DNA from: Planctomycetota bacterium
GTDB lineage: Bacteria > Planctomycetota > GCA-002687715 > DRQF01
Assembly: GCA_036479435.1 (NCBI GenBank)
Contig: JAZGFI010000277.1
Location: 11,247-75,246, forward strand
Direction of reading: 5' to 3'
Length of the DNA stretch: 64,000 nucleotides
Positions within the stretch are counted from its first letter, which is position 1; the number at the start of each line of letters is the position of its first letter. The position numbers and the translations under genes are program-made. This document shows positions 48,620 to 57,585 of this stretch, in pieces. The notes under the pieces are model-generated. The model was not told where the DNA came from and ran no database searches. It saw only the letters and a list, made by a program, of their open reading frames with translations.

Positions 48620-49954
48620 TTAGAAGCTGATTTTTTCGCGGATGAAGTTGGTCAGGTCGGCGATCTTCATGCGCTCCTGCAGCATCGAGTCGCGCTCTCG
48701 CACGGTCACCGTCTGGTCGGTCTTGCTGTCGAAGTCGACGGTGATGCAGAACGGAGTACCGATCTCGTCTTGACGGCGATAGCGCCGCCCGATGGCTCCA
48801 CTTTGGTCGTAGTAGACCGAGGCGAAGCGGCTGAGTTCGTCTTCGATCTCACGGGCGATTTCCGGCAGGCCTTCTTTTTTGACCAGAGGGAAAATGCCGG
48901 CCTTGATCGGCGCCAGGCGTGGATCGAGGTGCAACACCGTCCGCGAATCGCCCTCTTCGAGTTCTTGCTCGTCGTAGGCATCGACCAAAAACGTCAAGCA
49001 GGCACGGTCGAGACCCAAGGCAGGCTCGATGACGTAGGGGAAGTAACGCTCTTTTTTCTGGTCATCGAAGAACTGCAGATCGCGGCCCGTCGCCTCAGAA
49101 TGGCGCTTGAGATCAAAGTCCGTGCGGTTGGCAATCCCCTCGAGCTCTTTCCAGCCGAAGGGGAAGTGATACTCGACGTCGGCGCAGGCTTTTGAGTAGT
49201 GAGCCAACTCGTTTTTGCCGTGCTCACGCAGGCGCAAACGATCCTTGTTAACCCCGTGGCTCAAAAACCACTGAAAACGCTCGTCACGCCAGTACTCGTA
49301 CCACTTGTCGGCTTCTTCCGGTGGTACGAAAAACTCCATTTCCATCTGCTCGAATTCTCGACTGCGGAAGATGAAGTTCTCGGTGACGATCTCGTTGCGA
49401 AAGGACTTTCCCTGCTGTGCGATGCCAAAGGGCGGCTTCACGCGGGAAGTGTCGACGACGTTCTTGAAGTTGACGAAGATCCCTTGGGCCGTTTCCGGAC
49501 GCAAGTAAACTAGCGATTCCTGGCTCTCGACGGGCCCCATGTTCGTCTTGAACATCAAGTTGAACTGTCGAGGTGAGGTCAGTTCTCCAGCACATTCGCC
49601 GGGGCGCTTGGAGGGTTTTTCGGGGCAGACTTGGCTTTCCAAAGTGTCGGCACGAAAACGCGCCTTGCACTTTTTACAGTCTACCAAGGGGTCATTGAAC
49701 CCCGAGATGTGCCCGCTGGTCTCCCAGACCTTGGGGTGCATGAAGATACTGCAATCGATGCCGACGACATCGCGTCGGGAGCGCACCATTCGGTGCCACC
49801 AGGCTTCCTTGACGTTGCGCTTGAACTCGACACCAAGGGGGCCGTAGTCCCAACAGGACTTTAGACCGCCGTAGATCTCGCTACTGGGAAAAATGAAACC
49901 CCTTCGCTTCGAGAGCGAGACGAGTTTTTCCATGGTATCCGCGGGCTGTGCCAT
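48620..49954 (-). CDS. glyQS: Glycine--tRNA ligase (alpha2 type)
   Basis: RRGFIFPSSEIYGG, YLRPETAQGIF, FRSREFEQME, ELEGIANR and IGRRYRRQDEIGTP. Confidence 0.97.
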   Translation of the reverse strand: MAQPADTMEKLVSLSKRRGFIFPSSEIYGGLKSCWDYGPLGVEFKRNVKEAWWHRMVRSRRDVVGIDCSIFMHPKVWETSGHISGFNDPLVDCKKCKARFRADTLESQVCPEKPSKRPGECAGELTSPRQFNLMFKTNMGPVESQESLVYLRPETAQGIFVNFKNVVDTSRVKPPFGIAQQGKSFRNEIVTENFIFRSREFEQMEMEFFVPPEEADKWYEYWRDERFQWFLSHGVNKDRLRLREHGKNELAHYSKACADVEYHFPFGWKELEGIANRTDFDLKRHSEATGRDLQFFDDQKKERYFPYVIEPALGLDRACLTFLVDAYDEQELEEGDSRTVLHLDPRLAPIKAGIFPLVKKEGLPEIAREIEDELSRFASVYYDQSGAIGRRYRRQDEIGTPFCITVDFDSKTDQTVTVRERDSMLQERMKIADLTNFIREKISF

Positions 49955-50073
49955 GCTTCGCGACTTCCTACTAACCAATTGCCGTTTCAGGCTGCGACTG
50001 GACGCCGCCAAGGCCTGTGGGCAAGGCGAATTATGAGGATGCCGAGCGGCTCTTTCAACTGAACCTAGTGAAG

Positions 50074-50829
50074 CTATCGAACCGCTTGGGAAGCCCGGTA
50101 AGCAGCAGCAGCGGCGATGTGCGCCCGGAACAAGGCCAGATTGAAATCCAGGTTGTGGTAGGTGAGTTCAGGGTGCCATTGAACGGCATGGCAAAAACTG
50201 TGGCGAAGGCTCGACATCGCCTCCACGACGCCGTCCGTGGCCACGCCCGTGACCTCAAAGCCGTCCGCGACGGTTTTCACCGCTTGGTGGTGGTAGCTAT
50301 TGACGCGTACCTTGGCATCGTTCGTCACTTTGTGCAGCCAGCTGCCCTCTTTGACATCAACGCTGTGCGAGGGAAACTCTTCGGTGAGCTTTTGAAAATG
50401 CTGGTAGGTCTCGTCTTTGATCTGTGATTCGATGTCTTGCCACAAACTCCCGCCCGCAGCGACATTCAGGACCTGCATACCCCGGCAAATACCGAAAATG
50501 GGCATGTCGCGCTCGAGGGCCGATTTGGTGATGATCATCTCCGTGACATCGCGCAGCGGGTTGATCGCTTCGATGTTGTGATGGGGTTCTTCGCCGTAGT
50601 AGGCGGGATCGATGTCAAAACCACCGGTCAACAACAGGCCATCGCAAATCGAAAGCACCTGCTCCATCACGTCCTTAGTCTGACTGAGGGGCAAGATAAC
50701 TGGGGAACCACCCGCCGCTTCCACCGCTTGGCAATAATTCATCGAGACGCCGAACCGAGGGTAGGGGCGATCGTTGTGCGTGAAGTAGATCTTGCGAGAT
50801 GACACGCCAATGATGGGTCGTCGGTTCAC
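50074..50829 (-). CDS. Gamma-glutamyl-gamma-aminobutyrate hydrolase family (peptidase C26)
   Basis: GLLLTGG, GICRGMQ, NSYHHQ and VQWHPE. Confidence 0.92.
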   Translation of the reverse strand: MNRRPIIGVSSRKIYFTHNDRPYPRFGVSMNYCQAVEAAGGSPVILPLSQTKDVMEQVLSICDGLLLTGGFDIDPAYYGEEPHHNIEAINPLRDVTEMIITKSALERDMPIFGICRGMQVLNVAAGGSLWQDIESQIKDETYQHFQKLTEEFPSHSVDVKEGSWLHKVTNDAKVRVNSYHHQAVKTVADGFEVTGVATDGVVEAMSSLRHSFCHAVQWHPELTYHNLDFNLALFRAHIAAAAAYRASQAVR

Positions 50830-50911
50830 GATCGAGATTCCCCCTAATAAGTCGGTGACAAAATAGTTAAGGCCGTGTAAAAACTAACACGAGCCCCCCG
50901 CTGCACCCATA

Positions 50912-52150
50912 TCAGGGTCTTCGGCAAATCTGAGCATAAGCCTCGACAATCGGCTTCAAGTTGTTGCGCCACGACCGTTTCTGACTGACGTTGATACGGC
51001 CTTTCTTGCCTTCCTCGGCGAGATCCTCGTCGCTGCGATCCAAGGATTCGTTCAAGACGCGATCCATGTCCTCGGCCGAATCCGCGCGAAACGTCTGCCC
51101 CACTTCGCACTCGTCAAAGAGCTCCCGGATGCCACCTACATCACTTCCGGTCACGACGCGTTCCATGGCCATGGCTTCCAGCGGCTTCAGCGGCGTGACC
51201 AATTCCGTCAGACGAGTCTTGTAGCGCGGGTAGCAAAAAACATCGATGAGCGCGTAGTGCGCTTGAACCTCGTCATGGGGGACGCGCCCCGGCATTACCA
51301 CGAGGTCCTGAGCACCGCATTCTTCGATCGCTTTTTTGACGCGCGGCTCATCATCACCTCCACCGATCAACAACAGCTTGAAGTCGTCGCGCGTTTTCTC
51401 GAGCCGCGCCGCCGACGCGACGAGTTCTGGCAGTCCTTCGTAGGTGAAAAAGGACCCAATAAACCCAAGAATACGTTTTCCTTCGAGGCCGTACTTCGCG
51501 AGTAAGGCGGGGTCTTTTTCTCGCGGCACAAAAGTCTCAACCTCAACGCCGTTTTTCGAGATGAGGATTTTCTCCGCCGGGATGCCGCGGCTTTCCATGT
51601 CGCCGCGCAAGCCTTCGCAGATGCACACCAAGCGGTCCGCCTGCCGCGCCACCTTGGTTTCGAGCCGCTTCACCTGTGAGTAGACCAAGCCACCCTTGGT
51701 GATTTTGTGTTTGTCGACCGCATCGTCTTCCCAAAAGGCGCGAATCTCGTAGAAGACAGGAATACCCAACTCGCCACCAACTCTCAGCGCGGCCTGGCCG
51801 TTGAAAAATGGAGAGTGGGCGTGAATCAGGTCCGGATTGAACTTCAAGGCTACATGCTTAAGCCGCGCCGCCATCGCTCCGGTCATGATGCACTCGCGCC
51901 AAAACGGCACTTTCAACTGCATCCGATCCGAAAAACCCTTGGGGATCGCGGTACGGTGGAACTTGATGCCATCGAGAGTCTCCTCCATCGCGGCGAACTC
52001 GTCGTGCCGCGCAGACGTGACGACTTCTACTTCGATTCCCAGCTCTTGCTCCACGCGCGCAATATAGCGACTCCGAAAGCTATAGCCGGAGTGCAGCGGA
52101 ATCGAATGGTCGATGAGATGGAGGACTCTAAGCGGCCTGGGTTGTGACAT
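50912..52150 (-). CDS. GT4 glycosyltransferase resembling the PEP-CTERM/exosortase-A-associated family
   Basis: LHLIDHSIPLHSGYSFRS, HAHSP, YEIRAFWEDDAVD and ELVTPLKPLEAMA. Confidence 0.85.
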   Translation of the reverse strand: MSQPRPLRVLHLIDHSIPLHSGYSFRSRYIARVEQELGIEVEVVTSARHDEFAAMEETLDGIKFHRTAIPKGFSDRMQLKVPFWRECIMTGAMAARLKHVALKFNPDLIHAHSPFFNGQAALRVGGELGIPVFYEIRAFWEDDAVDKHKITKGGLVYSQVKRLETKVARQADRLVCICEGLRGDMESRGIPAEKILISKNGVEVETFVPREKDPALLAKYGLEGKRILGFIGSFFTYEGLPELVASAARLEKTRDDFKLLLIGGGDDEPRVKKAIEECGAQDLVVMPGRVPHDEVQAHYALIDVFCYPRYKTRLTELVTPLKPLEAMAMERVVTGSDVGGIRELFDECEVGQTFRADSAEDMDRVLNESLDRSDEDLAEEGKKGRINVSQKRSWRNNLKPIVEAYAQICRRP

Positions 52151-52276
52151 AGATGAATTCCCGGACTCGGGGTCGGCGATTTCCTTAGTGGCAGATGATC
52201 GGTCCATGCCCTCTTTTCGGGTTTTGTGCCGCGCAGAGACAAGATGGTCCGACGATTTCTCTATGATGCCCGCCGT

Positions 52277-53119
52277 ATGCGATACACCGACAGCAAGTTA
52301 GCAAGATTCAGATGCCGCCTGCGCCTGGCAATTGCCCTGATTTTCGCCCCCGCCTTCATGCTCGTCTTGGGCACGGCCTGCACCAGTCCCCCGCCGAGCC
52401 TGCCGCCTGACTTACCCTTCGAGGCCGCCCTCAATCGCTGCTCTGAGAAAATCTCGGGCCGAGGCGATAGCCAGCCCCAGATCATCTACATCAAGGATCG
52501 GCATTCACTAAACCCCGGTTTTCATCGCCTGCGCCCACAGCTTCAAGCGGTCCAACGTGACAACCGTCTGTTGGTCGACTACTTGGTCGCGCAGGGTTAC
52601 ACCTTACTCGGCTGCGAGTTTCGCTTTGGCGAGCTAAAAGAAGAGCCAGACACCAGACAGCAATTCCAAATCGTTCGCGGCCGACTCAAGTACGACCACC
52701 CCAACTACCTCGACGGCTTCAGCATTTTCCAGCCGATACGTCACCTCCTGGCGAATCGCCCGCGCCTGAAAGTCTGGGGCGTCGAAGACCCGGAGCTCTA
52801 CGATCGTGATGTGGCGTTCTTGAAGACCTACCGACAAGCGACCAAACATGCGAAGCGTCGCGATTTGTCCAAAGAAGAAAGAAGATCCGCGCTCACGAAA
52901 GCGGCGTTAGCGGCACGCGCCCTCGACAAAAGCCTCATCGATCGTGGCCGCGCCGCGGCCGAGAATCTGTTGCGAGCGATGAGCAGGGTGAAGACGGAGC
53001 GCGCGATTCTCATTCTCGGAGGAGCCCACGTCGCGGGCGTCGAATCCGCACTGCGCGAGTCCGACTACTCATACCGCATTCTGCAGTCGCGCTCTTATGA
53101 CCAGCACCGGCCCCAGTAA
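52277..53119 (+). CDS. Lipoprotein with a putative EreA/ChaN/TraB-like fold
   Basis: Lipobox LGTAC. IIYIKDRH, LLGCEF, VWGVED and ILGGAH motifs. Confidence 0.55.
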   Translation: MRYTDSKLARFRCRLRLAIALIFAPAFMLVLGTACTSPPPSLPPDLPFEAALNRCSEKISGRGDSQPQIIYIKDRHSLNPGFHRLRPQLQAVQRDNRLLVDYLVAQGYTLLGCEFRFGELKEEPDTRQQFQIVRGRLKYDHPNYLDGFSIFQPIRHLLANRPRLKVWGVEDPELYDRDVAFLKTYRQATKHAKRRDLSKEERRSALTKAALAARALDKSLIDRGRAAAENLLRAMSRVKTERAILILGGAHVAGVESALRESDYSYRILQSRSYDQHRPQ

Positions 53120-53128
53120 GCGAGTCTC

Positions 53129-55162
53129 TTACTGGTCGCGAATTTGGGCGCCGAGTTCTTTCGCCATCGCCGCAATCGCACGCTGCTGACTCGCCTCAAC
53201 TTCTTCGCTCGTCAGTGTTCGCTTTGAACTGCGATAGGACAGCGAGAACGCGAGGCTCTTTTTGCCCGCTCCGAGTTGCTTGCCTCGAAACTCGTCAAAG
53301 AACTCCAAGCTCTCCAAATCGGGCAGATCAAGACTCCGCACGAGCTTTTCGATTTCGCCCCAAGTGCGACTTTCATCGACGATGACGGCAAGGTCACGAT
53401 GCGCGGCGGGGTAACGCGAAAATGCCTCAAATTTTGGCGTCAGGCTCGCAGCCTCAACGATGTGGTCGAGACGCAGCTCAAAGTACTGAGGCCGGTTCTT
53501 CAAACTCATCTCAGCGATCTTCCTCGCGGTCGGCTGCCCCACGAAACCGATGGTGGCCTCCCCGAGGAGCACGCGAGCGCCGACTCCCGCTTCAAGAGCC
53601 CCGGCCTCCGCAACCATGATTTCAAAACACAGGTCCTTCAAACCAAGCGCTCGGCCTAACAACTCCAAGGCCCCTCGTGCTGCCGCGAAATCGCCATCAA
53701 TTAGTCCGCCCAAAATCGGCAGGTGCAGCGGGATCTCACCCTTTTGATTGTCGAGATACACAACCGTAACTTCGAAGATGCGGATTCCGTCACCATTGCC
53801 GTTGTCTTGGTTGACGCGCCGTACCGTAAGTAACGACGTCAACAGACTCATCCGCAACGCGCTTTCGTCCTTGCGCATCGCGTTGCGGATCTCGATCGGA
53901 GCATGATCGGCGAAAAAGCACTCTGCGGCGGACGCCGGCGCCAAAAACGGCGTGGTCAGAGTTTCGGCAAACCCCGCGGCCACCAAGTTGCGCTTGACAA
54001 CCGCGCGCACCAGATCGAGTTTGCTGTCGGCCACGGAGACGACTGTCATCTTGGTATCGGCCGGGATCTGGTCCAATCCGTGAATCCGGATAATCTCCTC
54101 GACGAGGTCGATCTCACGTTCAAGATCACGACGCCAGGTCGGCACTTCAACCGGCACGGGCGCCGTCGGGTCTCCGCCGCCAATAACCCGACAGCCCAAG
54201 GATTCTAGGATTTCGCGGCAGCGCTCCCAGGGAATCTCAATCCCGGTAACGCGCTCAACCTGCGCGTGGCGGAATGAGAATTGACGAGTACATGGCTCAG
54301 GGGCGCCGACGTCGATCATGCCTTTTCGAAGGCTGCCGCCAGCGACTTCAAGAATAAGCCGCGCGCAGCGATTTGCGGCAGCATCAATACCGTGGCCATC
54401 AACCCCGCGTTCGAATCGAAAGGAACTGTCGGAATTGAGCGCGAGTTTTTTGGCCACGTGTCGCGTAGCCAGAGGATCAAAGCGCGCGGTTTCCAAAAGA
54501 ACTCGAGTTGTGCGCTCACTGACTTCCGTATCAGCTCCCCCCATCACGCCGGCGATCGCAACCGGACGCGAGGCATCGGCGATGACGGTCATCTCAGGGT
54601 CCAACTCGTATTCGCGGTCGTTGATGGCGCGAATCTTCTCGCCCGCGATAGCGCGACGTACGATGATTTTTGAACCGTCGAGCTGTTCCAAGTCGAAAAC
54701 GTGGAAGGGCTGATTCATCTCAAAAAGCACGAAGTTCGTGACGTCGACCACGTTATTGACGCTACGCAATCCGATGGATTCCAAACGTTCAACCAACCAG
54801 TCGGGCGACGGCCCTACGCTAATGCCTTCAACCACTAAGGCGGTGTAACGACTACATCCTTTTTCGTCTTGAAGCTCAACCGAACAGGCGTCTTCAACCG
54901 CGGCATCGCCGGGCCTTAGGTGCATGTCCGGCATGCGGAGCGGGAGCCCGGTCACCGCGGCAAGATCGCGCGCTAATCCCACCATCCCGAGACAGTCCAC
55001 GCGGTTCGACGTGATCGAAAGCTCGATAACTCGATCGTCACCAGAGCCCGGCAGGTGATACTCAACTTCGCTGCCCGACATCGTGAAACGATCGCACATC
55101 TCGTCGACATCACCCTCGAAATCCGGGACGTAAGTTTTGATCCACTCGTAAGTCGTTTTCAT
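53129..55162 (-). CDS. pheT: Phenylalanine--tRNA ligase beta subunit (short form lacking the B2 OB domain)
   Basis: ITSNRVDCLG, NNVVDVTN, SFRFERGVD, WRRDLEREIDLVEE and an FDX-ACB C-terminus. 677 aa. Confidence 0.96.
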   Translation of the reverse strand: MKTTYEWIKTYVPDFEGDVDEMCDRFTMSGSEVEYHLPGSGDDRVIELSITSNRVDCLGMVGLARDLAAVTGLPLRMPDMHLRPGDAAVEDACSVELQDEKGCSRYTALVVEGISVGPSPDWLVERLESIGLRSVNNVVDVTNFVLFEMNQPFHVFDLEQLDGSKIIVRRAIAGEKIRAINDREYELDPEMTVIADASRPVAIAGVMGGADTEVSERTTRVLLETARFDPLATRHVAKKLALNSDSSFRFERGVDGHGIDAAANRCARLILEVAGGSLRKGMIDVGAPEPCTRQFSFRHAQVERVTGIEIPWERCREILESLGCRVIGGGDPTAPVPVEVPTWRRDLEREIDLVEEIIRIHGLDQIPADTKMTVVSVADSKLDLVRAVVKRNLVAAGFAETLTTPFLAPASAAECFFADHAPIEIRNAMRKDESALRMSLLTSLLTVRRVNQDNGNGDGIRIFEVTVVYLDNQKGEIPLHLPILGGLIDGDFAAARGALELLGRALGLKDLCFEIMVAEAGALEAGVGARVLLGEATIGFVGQPTARKIAEMSLKNRPQYFELRLDHIVEAASLTPKFEAFSRYPAAHRDLAVIVDESRTWGEIEKLVRSLDLPDLESLEFFDEFRGKQLGAGKKSLAFSLSYRSSKRTLTSEEVEASQQRAIAAMAKELGAQIRDQ

Positions 55163-55168
55163 CGTGTT

Positions 55169-56179
55169 TCAGGCAAACTGGTTTAGGAAACGGACGTCGT
55201 TTTCGGTCAACAAGCGGATATCAGGAATGCCGTAGCGACGCATCGCTAAGCGCTCGATGCCAAGGCCAAAGGCGAAGCCAGTGTAGACCTCCGGGTCGTA
55301 GCCGACAGCCTTGAAAACATTCGGATCGACCATCCCGCAACCGCCCATTTCGATCCAACCTTTGTTCTGGCAAGTGCGGCAGCCATCGCCACCGCAAAAT
55401 GTGCAGGCAACGTCGACTTCAGCGCTTGGCTCGGTAAAGGGAAAGAAGTTGGCTCGCAAGCGAATCTTCACGTCACTACCGAAAAGCCCCTTGAAGAACT
55501 CAAGCAAGGTCGTCTTCATGTCGCGCATCGTCAGATTCTTGTCCACGGCCAGACCCTCTAGCTGGTGAAACATGTAGTGATGGCTGGCGTCGACCGTATC
55601 CGGGCGGTAGACGCGCCCCGGAGCAATGACGCGGATCGGCGGTTCGTTGGTTTCCATCATTCGAATCTGCACGGTCGAAGTTTGTGAACGCAGCAACTTG
55701 TCCCCGCTGACGTAGAAATTTTCACCTTCAGAACGCGCAGGGTGATGCGGCGGGATGTTCAAAGCGATGAAGTTGTGAAACTCGTCTTCGATTTCTGGAC
55801 CCTCAGCCACACTGAAACCCAGCGAACGCATCACCGCGATCATCTCGTCGCGCACGCGCGTGATCGGGTGAAGGCTTCCAACTTGGGGCCGAGTGCCAGG
55901 TAGCGTGATGTCGGCCTGGGGGCCGGTCGCCTTGCGAGCCGAACCAAAACTAGCCTTCGCCGTTTCGAGTTTTTCGCTCAGCTCTTTCTTCAGGGTGTTG
56001 ACCCCTTCGCCAAAAGCGCGCTTTTGGTCGGCGGGGATCTCACGGAGCTGCTTCATCAGACCCTGTACGAGGCCTTTTTTACCCAAGAACTCAAGGCGCC
56101 AGGCGTCCAAGCCGGCCACGTCGCCAACGCTCTCAAGTTTGCTGAGAGCCTGTTGGCGGATGTTCTCCAAGTCGCTCAT
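55169..56179 (-). CDS. pheS: Phenylalanine--tRNA ligase alpha subunit
   Basis: HPAR, LRSQTS, FHQLEG, FPFTEPS and GFAFGLGIER. Confidence 0.98.
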   Translation of the reverse strand: MSDLENIRQQALSKLESVGDVAGLDAWRLEFLGKKGLVQGLMKQLREIPADQKRAFGEGVNTLKKELSEKLETAKASFGSARKATGPQADITLPGTRPQVGSLHPITRVRDEMIAVMRSLGFSVAEGPEIEDEFHNFIALNIPPHHPARSEGENFYVSGDKLLRSQTSTVQIRMMETNEPPIRVIAPGRVYRPDTVDASHHYMFHQLEGLAVDKNLTMRDMKTTLLEFFKGLFGSDVKIRLRANFFPFTEPSAEVDVACTFCGGDGCRTCQNKGWIEMGGCGMVDPNVFKAVGYDPEVYTGFAFGLGIERLAMRRYGIPDIRLLTENDVRFLNQFA

Positions 56180-56193
56180 CGACGGCGTCCTCT

Positions 56194-56227
56194 AAAAAAA
56201 AAGGGCCTGACTCAGCGAGTCAGGCCC
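56194..56227 (-). terminator. Rho-independent terminator after rplT
   Basis: Minus strand GGGCCTGACTC-GCT-GAGTCAGGCCC followed by T9. Confidence 0.85.
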
Positions 56228-56244
56228 CTGAACGATTCAGCGGC

Positions 56245-56595
56245 TCAAAGAGCGGCTTGGGCCTGCTCGAGCACTTTCGTAAAGGCCTGCGGGTCGTGAA
56301 TCGCGAGCTCCGAGAGCTGTTTGCGATCCAACGAGATCTTGGCCTTAGTGCAGCCATTAATAAAGGCTGAATAGGTCATGCCCTGGGCACGGGTCGCGGC
56401 ATTGATGCGCACGATCCACAGGCGGCGGAACATGCGCTTGCGCACCTTCCGATCGCGAAAGGCGTAGGCTTCGGCGCGAACGAGGGTCTCCTTCGCGGCA
56501 CGAAGCAGCTTGCTGCGTCCTCCGCGAAAGCCCTTCACGCGCTTCATGATCCGTTTTTTACGACGATGCCGCGGTACGGCGTTCGTTACTCTCAT
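56245..56595 (-). CDS. rplT: 50S ribosomal protein L20 (bL20)
   Basis: [31 protein letters not shown] and [10 protein letters not shown]. Confidence 0.98.
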   Translation of the reverse strand: MRVTNAVPRHRRKKRIMKRVKGFRGGRSKLLRAAKETLVRAEAYAFRDRKVRKRMFRRLWIVRINAATRAQGMTYSAFINGCTKAKISLDRKQLSELAIHDPQAFTKVLEQAQAAL

Positions 56596-56725
56596 CTATC
56601 TTTCCTTTGCTTTCGGGTTGGCTCGATGGCAACCCGGTTTGTCGTTTTAGGACACAAACACCCCGAGGCCGATATGGCCTCATGGCACTAACTCAGCGCA
56701 ACGCGAATGCGTTGGCCGACGAAAA

Positions 56726-56926
56726 CTACTGGCTCGGGCCGATCAAGGCTCTGGCGACGCGGGCGTCTCCTTTGCACAGGATCTGGGCACGACGCAGCGC
56801 ACGACGGCGCTTCGGGCTCTTGGTCTGGCGCATGTGGCTTTTGAAAGCCCTAAAGCGCTTGACCTTGCCCGACTTCGTCAGCTTGTAGCGTTTTCTCGCT
56901 GACCGATTGGTCTTTAGCTTAGGCAT
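56726..56926 (-). CDS. rpmI: 50S ribosomal protein L35 (bL35)
   Basis: MPKLKTNRSARKRYKLTKSGKV, located between infC and rplT. Confidence 0.96.
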   Translation of the reverse strand: MPKLKTNRSARKRYKLTKSGKVKRFRAFKSHMRQTKSPKRRRALRRAQILCKGDARVARALIGPSQ

Positions 56927-57014
56927 GGTTCTTCTTTCAGTTACTTGGCCGCCGCAGCAAAAGCCGCGACGGGTTGCCAACCCCAACAACATTGTTGAGG
57001 CCGATGAGACTCCG

Positions 57015-57554
57015 TCAGTTCTTTGACGGGGTCACAATCATGGTCATCCGTCGACCTTCGATCGACGGTTGTTTTTCAACTTTGGCAATGTCTGACAGCG
57101 CCTCAACCATGCGGTCGAGGATCTTTCGCGGGATTTCCGGGTGCGTTACTTCGCGCCCGCGGAAAATCACCGTGAAGCAAACCTTGTCGCCCTCTTCCAA
57201 AAACTTACGAGCTTTTCGAAGCTTCGTCTCTTGGTCGTGGACATCCGTCTTGGGCCGCAAGCGGACTTCCTTGACGGTGATGGTGTGCTGCTTTGACTTG
57301 GCCTTCTGAGTCTTTTTCTTCTCTTCGTACTTATACTTGCCGTAGTCCATCAGCTTGCACACTGGCGGTACGGCCGAAGGCGAGATCTCGACGAGGTCGA
57401 CTCCTTCTTCCCGGGCCAGGCGCAAGGCTTCGTCCCGAGTTAGCACACCGAGCATTTCACCCTCGACTCCGATCACGCGCAAGGGCGAGACCCGAATCAT
57501 GTCATTAAGACGCATTTTGGGAGCGGGCGGCGGTCTGCGATCGTGTCGTCTCAA
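57015..57554 (-). CDS. infC: Translation initiation factor IF-3
   Basis: RLNDMIR, DLVEISPSAVPPVCKLMDYGKY, KEVRLRP and FRGRE. Likely TTG start at 57554 (alternative ATG 57515). Confidence 0.95.
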   Translation of the reverse strand: MRRHDRRPPPAPKMRLNDMIRVSPLRVIGVEGEMLGVLTRDEALRLAREEGVDLVEISPSAVPPVCKLMDYGKYKYEEKKKTQKAKSKQHTITVKEVRLRPKTDVHDQETKLRKARKFLEEGDKVCFTVIFRGREVTHPEIPRKILDRMVEALSDIAKVEKQPSIEGRRMTMIVTPSKN

Positions 57555-57585
57555 CTCAGGATTTCCTTCATTTGCTTCTCCGTGG

